A stretch of DNA of 64,000 nt, taken from positions 1-64,000 of the forward strand of contig JBLDXI010000014.1 of NCBI GenBank assembly GCA_047495785.1, in the 5' to 3' direction. Under the pieces are notes generated by a model that made no database searches, was not told the DNA's origin, and was given only the letters and a program-made list of their open reading frames with translations. The translations under genes were made by a program, and so were the position numbers. Within the stretch, counting starts at the first letter, position 1, and every line of letters begins with the position of its first letter. The DNA comes from Lepidodermella squamata (lineage: Eukaryota; Animalia; Gastrotricha). Positions 9,101-23,100 of the stretch are shown here, one piece after another.

Positions 9101-12100
9101 ATGGTTGACCAAACGATGTTTCCGGTACCGCAGCATCCTCTCCCCGAAGAGTTGGTTAAATTTGACAAAGAAGATACCGTTTGCCAATACTGTGGTGTTT
9201 CCTATTTGATTCTGCATGAGATAAAACAACTCAAAGCAGAACTCGCGGTAACTCTTCGCACTCTTGTATCATGCATTACTTCAATTTCTTCATCTTTTTG
9301 CGCAGAATGCCAGAAATGAAATCAGTGATCTGAGAGCATACCGAGAAATGTACAATGAGCTGCAGTTGAAATGGCAATCTCACCAGGATACGCTCGATAG
9401 AACTAAGCTTATGATAGCTGATAAAGATTCTTTGTATGTTGCGTTAATTTTCACGCTGACGTTCATTTATATGTGCTTCTCAGAATTCACAGTTTAGAAG
9501 ACCAAGTCTCCTTTCTGAGAAGCGATTACGGCCGCATTTCCACGCTGAATGAGGAACTGGAATCCGCAAAAAATCGCAACACTTTTTTGAGGTATAATTG
9601 ACATTAACTACACCCTCCAGAAAGTATCACTCAACTTACGGCTTGGTGTTGCAACAAAATATATTGATTGACTTTGAGTGCACAATGAAAGCTTGAGAAA
9701 TGAATTGTACTTGAGCGTTGCCGAAAATCATAACACAACACTTTTGCTTCACTGTCGATTTAAATCTGAAAATTGCTCTTACCTATCATATCTTTTCAAG
9801 TTCGCGATACGTTGATGTCTTTCGCCAAGTTGGCTCTTTAAAATCTCAACTGAACGCTGTCAAATCACTCTTATCAACAAATGACGCGCTATTCGCATCG
9901 CATTGCCTCAACTTCAATCGTAGATTTGACTCGGAAATCCAGAAAGGTACGTCGTGAAATTAAGTACTGCTGTTTTTTGTGAACGTTCTCGCTTCATTTC
10001 CTTCAAGTTATTGCAATCACCGAGCAGCGCCTCCAGGCGGAGCTCTCGATGCAGAAGCGCGAGCTGACTGATGACTTTCAACAGCAACAAGCTAGATGGC
10101 GCGAGTTGGAAGTTAGACTACGCGAAGCCGATGCCAACTCTGCACAGGAGCTAGTGAAATTGAAGTCCCAGTTGCTCAACAGATCAGAAGAAACGAATAC
10201 GAAGCTTATGGAACTAAACAGGTAAGAAATCATGAATTGATTGCGCCTTCAGGACCCGTCGAATATGTAACTCTTGGCCATGCTCAGCATTGAATGAGCA
10301 CGAATGGGTCAAATTTACACCCTTAAGCTGCCAAAAAACCTTACTTTACTTCAATTTTTTGCATGCAAAAACCGATCGGTTCAAAACTAGGTCCGCGGGA
10401 AAATTTCAAGTTTTTTGGGTAGCATAAGGACTGCGCGAAAAATTCCGGTCCACCTTAAATCGAAATGATCATTTTTATGGTGAATCTGTGGTATAACTAC
10501 ACCTAAATACACAAGCTGCACCCAGATCCAATACATGCAAAAGCTTCATGGTGCAACCATGGTTTATTGTTCTCAAGCGACATGCGGATCGCGCACCGTG
10601 GACCTGAGTGTTTTTGCGCAGTGTTGATGATGACTAAATTTTCGCCCTCTGGTTTTGCTCAGAATTTTAGGTGACTATAACCGGTTTTTTTTAATTAAAA
10701 GTACAAGCGCGCAGCCGCTAAGAATGCGTTTTAGCCGCTTCGCTTCGCGCGTTTTCCCGATCAATCACGAGCAAGAGACGCGTGCACTTTTCTCTTGTCT
10801 CCGCGTATCTCTTGCTACTTTCATGTCTCTTGTCTCAAATTAGTGATTGGGCAGGAGGCAGGAAGAAATCATGGAGATGAGAGAAAAGCGCAGGGCTGCG
10901 CAGCATTATGGGAAGAAGAAGGGAAGATTAGGAAGAATAGCTGTTGAATCCTAATCGTTTTTGAGCTTATCCGCCGAGTTTCAATTGATAAGCTAACCCG
11001 AAATTTACCCTCTTATTCCATAAGCTCGCGATTGTGTTTTGAACTCGATAGTCGATAGGGTGAAAAATCTGGTTGTCGGAAAGCCAAACTATAGCGCATG
11101 GTGCCTTAATCTATTAGGCATTGGTATTTGGTATTATAGGGATAATCAAATGAATGAATTTGTAATTTATCCAAGCTATAAGAACCTAGCCCTTTTCATA
11201 GAAATGCAGGTGGATCACTAAAAACTACATTGATGGTGAGGATAACGGAAAAAATTCAATAAACTGGTGGATTTTGAAGTTTTGGTTTTAGTTTTAGTCA
11301 TCCGCATTCGCCACGTTAACGTCAAAGATCAAGTTTCGAATTCATGGGCGGGTTTTATGTCTAAAAATACTACAAGTAACAAGCTTTAAAATTAATATGA
11401 GGTTGTCGCTCAAAAATTGTAATGGAAGAAAGTTTTACATGCATCCCAAATTTAGCATAAAAATTAGGAAAATTCGTAAATTTCGTGCTTTTAGACGCAC
11501 TCGCATTTTTGGCATATAGCCCAAAAACTGTGTATCGCAGAGAAAATTTGATTGCATCAGCAGATTCCTCATGAAAAACTGCATAAGAAACTCATGCAAA
11601 GTCGATTTTTGACAAAATTCACCTATCAAGCCTTCCTTGCGCTCTGGTGAAAATTTCTCGAGGCTCATTTTGTTACACAAATTTACTTTCTAAATTCGTG
11701 CAACAGAAATCCCAAAGCGGAGGAGAATTCAGAAAAGCTTCAGAATTCTTTTCATCTTGCAAACCGAGAATTCTGAAAGAAAGCTGAAATCCGCTTCGGG
11801 AGTGGATGGCGACAGAAGAAAGAATGAAGAAAACAACAATCGCATTATTTTAATTTTGATCGAACACACACAGGCTCGAAGCTGAGAACGACGCCTTGAG
11901 AAAGCAAATCGACGCCCTGAGAAACAGCATCATCGCTCTGGAAAACAACTTGCGAACTGAGCAGCAGCGGTTTGTCGAAATGCGTACTCTGGTTGACCAA
12001 AGAACGGCTGATAAAATCACGGTAACTATATTCTTATGATGCTCGATGATTGCTTATTTACTAATTTCAGCTTGACTCTTGTGTCCAGAAACTCGAATCT

Positions 12101-13769
12101 GAGCTAGAGCTTAGTCGTCAGCTGCTCTCTTCACAAGAAAGCAAAGCAAAAAGAGAAAGGGAAGAGTTGACTGGCAGATTCGCAGAACAACTAAAAACTC
12201 TGGTAATTAAATATTTACATAATAATCCCGACCTTGCTTAACTGCTACCAAGTTGATGCCATAATGCGGTATGGAAGTTTCTAAAAACTCTTACTTGCTA
12301 CTTGCTGATGACCCTATGAAGAAAGCTTTGCTCTAGAGAGGTTAACAATTCACCTAATTTTTTGTCATATAAATGATGCAGTTACGTGCACTTGACAAAG
12401 TTATCTTCATTGAAACATTAGGCTAGTATACTGTTGCTACAGATTTAACTGTGGATTCCTCTGTTTTTGGCAATAGGAATCTCAATTGAAGCTTGACATC
12501 GAACAAGTTCGAAGTGATCAAAGAAGAGAGTATGAAGAACGATACAAAGTCAACGAAGAGCAGATAAAGCAGGCGCTGTGGAGGGAAAGTGATGCGCGCT
12601 TAGCCAAGCTTCAAGAAAGGTATGATATAATAAGGACTAATTGATCGAATATTCGATCATCTTTTACTGGTTAGCTTTTCTTTGGAGCGATATCGTTATG
12701 AGGATAAGTTGAAGCATATATCTGCCGAACTAGAGCAGTACGCAAATCAGAATGAAGACCTCAATAGATACAAAGATCAAGCTGATCTCAAGGTTTGTTC
12801 TTTCCAGAGTTAGGCAGATTTGTTAATATTACCTCCGGCTGTTATTAATAGATCAAAGAGTATGAAGCAAAATACAGCGGGTACGACGCGAAACTGAAGA
12901 AACTGGAAAGTTTGTTGCGCCAGGTTCACGAAGAAAAATTGGGAGAAACAGCTCGGGCGACCAAGGCTGAAAACGACGTCTCTGTTTTGCAGACTATCAT
13001 CGAGAGACAGTGTGATGAACGATTGAGGTTAATGGAAGCCCTGAATAATGTTAAAGGAGAAATTATCAAGGCCAAATTACCCCAAGGTATTCTGGTGAAC
13101 CGCTATTTTTGCGTTATTCATTAACATTTGTCGTTTCTTTTTGTAGATGTCATGGACGAATTGATGCTCAAATTATCCAGTGGCATGCAGAATATGGTGC
13201 GGAGTAGCCAGGCTAGAATAGAAATACCAACTGGTGGTTATGGCACACAGCGTCAGCGAGCGTGGTCGTTCGACAATCAAGGCGATTCTGCTATCCATAT
13301 GCCATCTGCTGCCTCTGATGGTGCGAATGATTCTAATATGTATGAAAATAAAAAATCTGCGGAAAGGAATTTGAAGGCAGACCACCCGCCTAAGGCGTTG
13401 AAAGTCGAATCTGCTGCAGCTCAGTTGGAAAGACGCCGCCTGCTTTACACTAACGGCGCACTGACATTACCACCTCTAGACATGAGCATTACATCAGCGT
13501 CTTCCTCGCCAATCAACCAGCTTAATCAACGTAACCTAAGTCAGACCAGTATTTCAACAAACCACGATGATGCAGCATATCCTCGAACCAAAGAAAGCAA
13601 GGTCTACAACCCTTCGTCTACAATACGTCTACAACCCCTCGGAACCCAAAAGTCAATGTCTGAGTCAAATGTCGGTAGCGTTATCAACAGCAGTCAACGG
13701 CCACCAATCGGGAAATTGTCTGGAACGGATTTCCGAATGAAAATTGCCGCTGTCCTGAGTCGAAAATGA
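9101..13769 (+). CDS. LEKR1: Leucine-, glutamate- and lysine-rich protein 1 (coiled coil), 11 exons
   Basis: HPLPEE...VCQYCGVSYLILHE N-terminus and LQTIIERQCDERLRLMEAL motif. Exons 9101-9247, 9306-9433, 9484-9591, 9801-9946, 10008-10221, 11874-12021, 12071-12202, 12477-12619, 12675-12792, 12852-13086, 13147-13769; all GT-AG and in phase. Confidence 0.88.
11711..11832. repeat. Short dispersed repeat with subterminal inverted repeat and hairpin (HINE/DINE-1-like); copies near 8690-8760, 17503-17600 and 30895-30955
   Basis: CCCAAAGCGGA...TCCGCTTYGGG-AGYGGA followed by a purine-rich tail. Confidence 0.65.
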
Positions 13770-13976
13770 TTGCATGTAACATAAGAATGCAGTAATATTT
13801 ATTACGGCCAAACTGATCGAAGTGAAATTGCTCGCCAAAATGATGCTATATTTTATTAACATAATGTGTTTTATTCAATGCTTATTTCTTTCGTGTTCTG
13901 TGTGGCAAAAGCACTTTGCTGTTGGCTTCAAATAAAGAGCTGAATGAAAGCGTTATGTTTTTGAATATGGAAAAGC

Positions 13977-14884
13977 CATCATAATTTAAGATAGACTGCC
14001 TACTCACGAGAAAAGAGCGGAACATCATGGGTCGCAGATGTTCAGCTGAATCATGAAAAACGCTAAAATGTCGGTGGGAAAGTAAACAAAGAAGTTGATT
14101 TTTCTTCGATCGATCTTTTGAAGTCAGAGCTGGTTCTCTCATGTTTGTCAATGGAACCTGGAAGAGAATTTCACGACGAACCCGACGGTTATTTTTTCGT
14201 GATTTTAGGATTTTTTTAAATGGGTCAGAATTCATTTCAAGGTTTTTGAGCTTGTCAATAAAATCGGAATTCGACAAGAATAAAAGTAAAATTGAAGCAG
14301 TTGCCGATGGTTCTAAACGCTGCTTGGCGTGAGCTGTCTTTTAAGCTCAAGCTTGACCTTCAACGATTTTTTGCTGAATTTTGACAATTTTTTAAAAGAT
14401 TCTCGGTGGAAAAAACCATTACTCTTCGATTGGACATCTTAGCAAAACATGTGATTCACGCGCAAGGTTCGCTCTGTGTTCGGGTTTCGATTCATGCGCA
14501 TGAATCGCGTGTTTGTTTGTGTCTGTGTTGCAAACAAGCAAAAAGGAGTGATGTGTGAAGTTCAATTTCACTTTCATTCTTGTCGATTTCCGATTTTATT
14601 TGCTGGCTCAACAACTTTGAAATGAATTTTGACCCATTTAAAAAATTCATAATTTCACGAAAAAATAATCATCGGGTTCGTTGTGAAATTCTCTTCCAGG
14701 TTCCATTGACAAAATTAAGAGAACCAGCACTGATTCAACGAAATCGAACGAAGAAAAATCGACTGCTTTGTTTTCTTTCCCACCGAAATTTTGAGCGTTT
14801 TTCGTGATTCAGCTGAACATCTGCGACCCATGGTGTTCCGCTCTTTTCTCGTGAGTAGGCAGTCTATCTTGAATTATGTCTATG
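13977..14884. mobile_element. Non-autonomous DNA transposon with ~320-bp TIRs (P- or hAT-like)
   Basis: Arms ~13977-14296 / ~14561-14884; CAT...ATG termini; 8-bp TSD GGAAAAGC (13969-13976, 14885-14892). Confidence 0.88.
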
Positions 14885-15656
14885 GGAAAAGCTGAGAGGA
14901 AATTCATGTTGGGAACAAAGATAATTTTATTTATTTATTCCCGAGCATAAGTCCGTGGCGACGCAGTAACGACAACAAAACGACATAAGACCGATCATAG
15001 CGGAAACCTGTTAAAGACCAGGCAGCCGACGTGCGAGCTTTCATGACACTGGCATCCGCCTTGATATAACTCATACACGTATTAGTTTCGGGTAAACCGG
15101 CATCTACGCAAACTTCTATAACTAGACCCTGAACTTTCATGTAATAGTAGAAACGGCAGTATTCATCGCAATATCAGCACAGGAATCGAAGAGAATCAGC
15201 AACATCTGCGGAACAACATTTGAAACTTTGCTTCAAGGAAACACTTGAAGTCGGTAAAAATGCTGAATCTCCTTTTCCTAAAATGGTCATATTCCCTCGA
15301 TATGTCAGCTCCAATGAATTTACGCCATATGTAACCACATTTTCCAATGTACCCTGCTCCGACTTTTCACTTAGAACAAGCACTTATCCGCTTTGAAACC
15401 GGTTTATTATTTACTTCCATTAATTTTTTGCCATTAAAAAACACGTGAAGCCTTGTAAACATCCAACCATACATTCCCGATCAAGAAAATTTTACATTTA
15501 GTTCCCTCCTCTATGTTAGCCTGCGATTTGTCGAAGGTACCCTGGCGCAATGCGCCGTGGTCTATTTCACGGCTACTGACGGCCTGAATCGGGCGGAAGA
15601 GCCGGCTTTGCTGAATTTAACCATCGTACCTAACGCTAGGACGTTGGTTGACATTT

Positions 15657-16664
15657 CGTCGTCGGTGCGGCCAAAATTAATATGTCCATCCAAAATCGAA
15701 AATGAGATATTTACAGTTTCGAGCTCAGAATTTAACGCCGGTCATTATTCTGAAAACCGCATCTCAAAATTCGCCAGGGATCAAAAGTATTATGTCCACT
15801 TTCGTGCCTTTTTTGCTAGGTCACTTTGTCGGTCGGCAGAATCAACAGTAATATCGTTAGCATCGTTGAATAACTCGGATTTAGGCTTGTTTACATCCTT
15901 TCAAGGCGACGGGTGACAAGTTAAAAACGGCTTTTTTGACGAGAACAAAGCGCAAAAACGAATGACTTTTTAGTTGTCACAAGTCACCCTGAAACTGGCG
16001 TAAACAAGCCTGTCGTATGTAATGTATTATCAACTTTACATACGACAAGCCTAAATCCGAGTTATTCAACGACGCTAACGATATGCCCATGGCTTGAGTT
16101 CGAATAGAGCACGAAAGGTAATATGTCCAGCAAAAAATCACTCAACCGCGAGCAAAATGGTGGTGTAAAAATCCCCGAAAAATAGATGCTTGCATAAGGA
16201 ATCGAACCACAGCAGCGCGATGTTGATGCCAGCTTTCCAACAGCTGAGCTTTCCAACCTTTTCTAAAAACGGATGAATGGCTCTTAAATAAATAAATAGG
16301 TAAGTAAAAAATAATCCTCTTTCTTCATGCTTAAAAATAAAATCGATTCAAAAAAGTGGATGCACGCACGAGGACTCGAACCACCTTATATATAAAAACA
16401 CCATAACTCACAAAAACAAAAAAAAGTACGAAACAGTAATATGTCCAACGCAAGTCCCGATGGTGCGAAAACGGTGCATCACCGGTAAAAATGGCCGGCA
16501 CCATTGGATCCGCCGTGATCAACTACCCCCAGCATGTTCGACTCGGTGACATATTTGGTGACATACTGGAAATTTTGAAAATAAAGCTGTTTTTTCGATT
16601 CGTTGAGTGATTTATCTCAAAATTATCACTCTTGGACATATTACTTTTGGCCGCACCGACGATG
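15657..16664. mobile_element. Non-autonomous DNA transposon (Sola1-like) inserted in the cadherin fragment
   Basis: TIR CRTCGTCGGTGCGGCCAAAA.TAATATGTCCA; 4-bp TSD ATTT; removing it rejoins the cadherin frame. Confidence 0.82.
16187..16258 (-). pseudogene. Degenerate tRNA-like sequence inside the transposon
   Basis: 72 nt; A-box-like AGCTCAG..TGG, B-box GGTTCGATTCC, acceptor stem 5/7 paired; a second B-box remnant lies at ~16360-16385. Confidence 0.4.
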
Positions 16665-19364
16665 ATTTGTTGCCAGGCGAATTCGAAGCGGCCCCTGTTA
16701 ACCCGTACGATTTTCGCCTCGTCGAAATTGGCCGCGGAAGAACAGATGAATGAAACGCGCTGTCGAGTTCATTTTTAGGCCGCGGTGAAAATCTCCACTC
16801 TCCCGTCTTCGTCCAGCTGTTGAAATTTTCGAAGATGCGGAAGTTGGGTCGGTGGTGCTTATCCTGAAGGCGGTTGATAACGGCGTTGGGTTCAACGGCC
16901 TGGTAACGTATCAAATCGCGGAGGGCAACGACGGGTTCTACTTCAATATGTCAACGTTCACCGGAGAGTTGGTGCTAGCCCGGCCGTTGGATGCCGAAAC
17001 TCACGACTCATTCACGCTGCAAATCATCGCGTCAGATCTGGGCGAAATTCCGAGAAAAACGAAATTAACCATTGATTCAAAGGTTGATGACGTCAACGAT
17101 GTTCGGCCGATTTTTCGCGAATCCAGCTATTCCGTCGAGGTTCCCGAGGCGTCGCCAGTAGGCACCCGCCTGCTAGTAGTCCGGGCTGAAGATTCGGACC
17201 GAGATGCGGAAAATGCGCAAGTCCGTTATTCGTTACTTGGCGAAAATTCGCTGGATAGCTACTTCACAATCGGCCCTCTGGATGGTGTAGTCACCCTGAA
17301 ACCTGAATCAACCCCTAGATCGCGAGAAGTATCGGCTGCGAGTGATGGCAGCTATCTTTCAGTCGATGATTTGTTGATCAGACCTAATGAAATAATGTCA
17401 GGCGCAGCAGCAGAAGCAGAGCACACGCGCGCAATATTGCTCTTTCTAGAAACAGCAACGCACTTTTACATGTTAGTGAAGGGTAATTAAACAGCAAAAC
17501 ATCCCAAACCGGCGGAGAATTCTAAAGAATCAGAGAGAATTTCTAGAATAAAGAATCAAAGAATCCGCTTTGGGAGCGGACGTGAAAGAAGAAAGAAGCG
17601 GTGCTTTTTCAGGCATTTTTCCACAAATTTCACGGAAAATTATAGCGAATACCAAATTATTAAGCTGATGTGTTAGTAATAGAACTTCAAAGTTTAGTTT
17701 GGCGCGGTTTTAACACTTCGATTTACTCAAATTACTGGTTTCAGTACCAAATAACTGAAACCGTTAATCTCTATTCCCTTATCATTTTCGCACCCGTTCG
17801 CTCCCGCTCCTAGTGCTCGTGTAAACCGAGGGCGAGGCTATTACGAGTTGAGTGTATTTGCGTTGCAAATTTTTTATTTTGAGAGCGTAAAAGCTCCTCT
17901 AGAATCGGCTCTAGAATAGACTCTAGAATCGGCAACAAATGATGGTTCTCCCCCCACACTTGTCATTGCGAAAATCGCCCATCTGATCAGAGCATGGCAG
18001 GTACACGGGAGTGAAGTTTATTCCCTGGTTTTTCTCATGGCGAACGGAATAAAGAGGATGTAATGTAATGTAACAAAAAGCTCCAAACACATTATCAAGT
18101 TACTGTTTGTTATTCAAGGAGAGTTTGATTGAGAAAATGTGTTAACGAGAAAAGTCAGCTGCTGCGGCCGATGGCCGAAGTAAAATTTACTGTCCGTATG
18201 GCAGCGCATCCGTTGTTGGTGATGCCCAGAGTTGCCCAGAAAGCCGGTAAAAACACATTAGCCGGTAAAAACCCTTAGTTCTGAATTTTGCGTTGAGGTG
18301 AAATGATCGTTTGTCGATTTTTCGTTAACTTCAGTACGAACAATGACGCGAAGAACAATCACTGAGCATCGAAACGTCGCAATAATTAACAATAAAAAGA
18401 AGCTACGAAACTTCTTCGCGTTATTGTTCTTACGCAAAATTCTCCCGCTTAAATTGAGCAGATTATTTTCAGCCTAAAAAAACTTGCAGCTAGGTTCACC
18501 TCTTTGCTGGCTGGCTGTTATTTGTTCGATTCCGATCACGTAGCAGTTTGCTTGTCCGTTCACGTTGTGTCAAAAAGTTGAAGTCCGTTCATGTGCCAAA
18601 TAGCCGCTCACCTCCCTTCCTCAGTTTCATGCCGATATGGGTAATGAAATCATTCTGTCACTGAGAGAGCTGGAATTTTTAACCGAAGCTGGAATTAGCT
18701 AGAAATTTGCTCTAACACGTGGAAAGAGGTGGAAATATTCGCTTTGAAAAATGCCAGCTCTCTCCAGGCGACGTTCAACTCGACGAAATAGTGCAGGTCC
18801 GTAAAACACGTAAAATGATCTGGAGAAAGCTGGACTCAAGATGATCATAGAAATCGACCAATAAGTGAATACTCTATGGCTAGCCAAGGAGAAATAAATT
18901 CCCCCCGATCTGGAACCCCGAGTGAGTTTGGCGCAGCCAAACGAATCGAGGGTTCGATTGAATCCCCATTGATCCCCAGAAAGCCGGTAAACCAATTTTC
19001 GGCCGCTTCTGTCAACTACGAATTTTTTGTAAAAGAAGCCATCTGAGATACGATACACGGTTCGATTTGTTACCGGCTCAATTTTTTCGCTCAATTTTTG
19101 TTATACCACATACTTTGAATTTTGTATTGTCCGCATTTGTTGTCATTATTTCGTCTTTGCGTTTTTTCTATATATAATTTGGTCGTATTTATTATACACT
19201 GCTTGGCATGATGTTCACCTGATTACCCCGGTCAGTTTCGCCAAAAATTAGATCTTCGTATATTTGTGTACACCAACCACCAACAAATGTCTTGGTCAAA
19301 ATAACAACTTCGACTACCTATATTTATTTGTTGCCAGCTTACACTCTCTCTGATAATTTTCTGA

Positions 19365-20115
19365 CGTGTACTTCGAGAACGGTCTTTCGATGAATGGGCG
19401 CTGATGGCCGCATCACGAGGCGTGGCGCAGTATCGGGAATATCCACCTGGCAACAAATGGATACAGCAGAAATGGGGCTATCACTCGCCGAATGGCGGAC
19501 CGGAATCAGCGACGACGAACGTGCTGCCTGCCCGAGCGCTACCTGGCCGAAGCACTGATGGCGTCCTCTGTCGGCACTGCCACAGAGAGCCCGAAACCCT
19601 TGGACACGTCCCAAGTGCTTGCAGCCATGGTAAAGACCTGATCGTCACCCGGCACGACAACGTCAAGCGGCTCATCGCCAACGAGCTGGCTCGTCGCGGA
19701 TGGAAGGTTCAGGTCGAACGACGAGGGGTGGCGACAAATGGCGCGGAGCGGCGATCCGACATCATCGCCTGGAACCCAGATACCAAGGAAGGTTGGATCC
19801 TGGATCCCACGGTGCAGTTTGAGACAAATGCTCCCGATCAGTTCGAACAGGCTGACGCCGTAAAACGGGGCAAGTACGAGCCCTGCGTGCCATTCTATCT
19901 CGAACTCTACAAACTGAAAAGCCTCACCGTCAGCGGTGTATATATTGGTGCTCGCCATAGAGATCAGATTAATCTGATCTCTATGGTGCTCGCGGTACGA
20001 TAACTCGCGGCGTTGTTGAACTTTTAAAAAAACTAGGCCTACCTAAATCTCTAATTTTCGACATCGTTTTATCTGTAGTTAGGGACAATAAGGTCATTGT
20101 CCATCGTCATTTGTA
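19365..20115 (+). mobile_element. 5'-truncated non-LTR retrotransposon with restriction-like endonuclease (R2/NeSL group)
   Basis: CRHC...ETLGH...C knuckle, RHD, RRSDII (PD-like), ILDPTV, K..KY and IGAR; frameshifted at both ends. Confidence 0.85.
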
Positions 20116-23100
20116 CAGCTAATTTTTCTTTGTTGTGTCTTTTTCTATTATAAATTGTTTTTCTTTGTAAAATAACTTACCTATACGATAATAATCTGTG
20201 TCTTCGGGCAGCTGACAGTCGTAGCACTGGCAGCAGAATATTGTTTTTTTTTTCTTGAAATAAACAATAATGTGTGTGTATAATATTTCATCGTCGCATT
20301 TGTTGCGCATTTATAAGAGAAAATAATAATAAATTTCAAACGAGGAATTATTTGCGTGTTTGATTAATTTCGGCGACAAATTAGACAATGGAAAAGCAGG
20401 TTCTTATTCAAAACATGGAATGTGCCGAAAAATCGAATGATCAAGAGATATTCGTTTACAGCAGCAGCAGCCTCGCCGCAAACACTACATGGCGACACAC
20501 CATTATAATATTAGAAAATTGTTGTTAACACATTCAACCGTTCAAACGTGTTTTTAGTCATCTGTCATTCTAAACTCACGCTTTAATGATATTATAGCGC
20601 ACGGTCTTCGTCCGCGCCTTGCCATTGGCACCTCGCATTACACTACATGAGGCAAATCACTTATTTACGAAATAAGCAGGATAAGTTCGATTGCGTTCTT
20701 GTTTTTCGCTCTTTTCACCACGTTTTGCGTTTCAACACTTGCGGCAACAAACTCTAAAAACAGCCAGAAAAAACTGCGCCTGAATAATTTTCTATCTTTA
20801 ATTTTTCGATTTTATGAAATTTGAATCTCGGGCGCGCAAACTTTCAAATGCAAATGCAAAATCGGACCTATCACCAGCTGAGAAAGAACGGAAAGAGAGG
20901 AAAGAGGAAGGAAGAAAGCCGATTGGCACGCGTCAGCGTCTCAAAGCACCAGAAAAATTCGATACTCTTCTTCGATACCTGAAGAATAGAAAGGATCAGC
21001 GATGGAAGAATAAGGAAGAAGGAACAGAAGAGGGGAAGAAATCAATTGGAAGAATAAGAAGAGCCGCACGTGTGCATAAATACATATATTTCAAAAAATT
21101 TCATGATTTCCTCAGCTCATGTATTTTAATGAGTTTCTCATTGGTGAAGCTAATCGTTCCCGTGAGCCACTTGAAAGGTGAAAATGAGCTCACTCGTGAA
21201 ATTTCACATGAGGTCATGCCAATCAAACGCGCACGTACAGTGGGCGGCAAAGCGCGCGGTACGGGGCGCACAATACTCGAGCTAAATATCCTCAACTAAG
21301 CGTGCACAGCGTGTTGTCATCGATGAGCGTCTGGCAGTAAAACAATACGCAACTACTACTAAAATATATCGATGCACTGTTGTGTCATTTATCGGGTCGG
21401 CTGCTTGAGGACATGAGTAAAAAGGTCAAGGATGCGCTCAAAAGATTTGAGCCGCAACGAATTTACGATCTCATTATCGGTGTGAAAATACTCCCCACTT
21501 GAAGCTTCCGATACATTCATTACTGCCAACTGAAAATTAAATCCGCGGCGCAATTACTTGAGCGCAGGAAATGCAGGTAGCATTCAAATAGGAATATAAA
21601 CTTTGCAATTACCATCGTGCCTTGATTTACTTTTATTCCTATGATAATAATTGGTTACATGCGGTGTCACAGTAGGAGCAAGAGAAATTTCCCGCATCAC
21701 AACGTAACATTTATTGTTATGGTACTAAAACGGGATCTTGGATAAAAATCTAGGCACGAGCAGATCTACCACCAGGTACTTATTGGCTTATTAGTTAAGG
21801 ATCAGTTGAGAATAATCGCAATGGGGTGGCGCGCGCAGTAGGTGTGGCTGCCTCACATGGCGCGAGCGCGAGGGGGGTTGGTTTGACACCTTCAAGTGGA
21901 CCTGAGAGCGAGTGAAACCAATCGTTACGGCTTAATTGCGCCCCGATCCCGCGCGTTGTAACGCTCGGTTAATGGTGCACTGCACTGCGCGCTCGCGAAG
22001 CGCGCGCTACCAGCCGTCAACGCGCGACTACTTGTGCGCGACGACTCAATATATGGACTCGAGAACTCTTGAAACTTCAAGGAAGAACAATTTTCAAATA
22101 AATGGCCATTTTGGCGCGTTCGGCTAAGTGTAGCGATTAGGACAAAGTCATCATCGCGTTGTTACATACTTGTTTATGGGCGCGCCCTGGATGAAAGCCC
22201 AGCAGTCGTCATCATTCGGTGTTCAAACTTGTTGAAACGATTTAGAGCCGACAAGTAGTTTGCCAACATGCCGATATATAACTTAAATTTTTTCACATTG
22301 CTCACCACTGTGCCAAAGTGCCACTATTTTGCAAAATTCCCCACAGTATTAACCACGTTACTTACTATCGAGCCGCGCGCTTCGTTGCACTGTTCTGGCA
22401 TCAATTTTCGCGCACATGTTTTAGCGCTTTGTGCCTGCTACACTAGCAGTTTTCGAACCCGTAGTCTGTTTTGCGTTGTAGGCTGTTTGTTATTGCAGCA
22501 AAGATTTCATCACCCGCCCAATAAATACGCGCCTAATACACCGCCAGTGTGCTAATTCGATTTTGCAAACGCGCCGACACAGAACACAGGCGAGAGAGAA
22601 AGAGCGAGATGCGATGCTATATTATTATCCGATCGGCACCTTGTTACCATTATTGTCTCATTTAGCAGCAATAAAACGCACGACTTGGCCTCATTACAGT
22701 GTGCGAAGCCGGCGCGTAGATAACAATAACAATTACGTCAGCCGCCAAATTCAAGGTGCATCGGCAAATCTGTCGAGCAGGCACAGTTACCGCGCAAATG
22801 TGTAGCCATTTTTCAGCTACTACTGCGCTCAACGCAGTTATTTTCTTTGCACCCCGTTGGCGGCACACTTCCGTAATTTTTTCTAACCAAGTATGGGAAG
22901 GCAAACTGATCGCAAATTGATTAATTGCCGACTGTTGTGAAAAGTAATTTCGTGCCTCGCCTCATTCTCGCCGATATATTGCTTAGATCCGATGCGCACC
23001 ACAGGAGCGTAACAATTGTGTTGTCATCTCGCGATCGCAACACAATAAACTTGGGCCTGCCCAGCATTTCAATTACCCCTGCTAAGCCGACGTTTTTTAT

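Larger units (their letters stand above)
15520..17305 (+). pseudogene. Fat-like (FAT1/3, kugelei-type) cadherin fragment, interrupted and frameshifted
   Basis: TATDG.N.A..LNLTI..LVDI-C across the insertion, then NLHSPVF, GFNGLVTYQIAEGN, LDAE, DLGE.P, DVNDVRPIF, AEDSD; stop and frameshifts near 16780-16825. Confidence 0.8.

Noticed and set aside
10280-11700. Single DNA transposon filling LEKR1 intron 5
   Set aside because: Looks repeat-derived, but no matching TIR pair or TSD was found.
13882-14807. Paired similar ORFs
   Set aside because: Artefact of the long TIRs.
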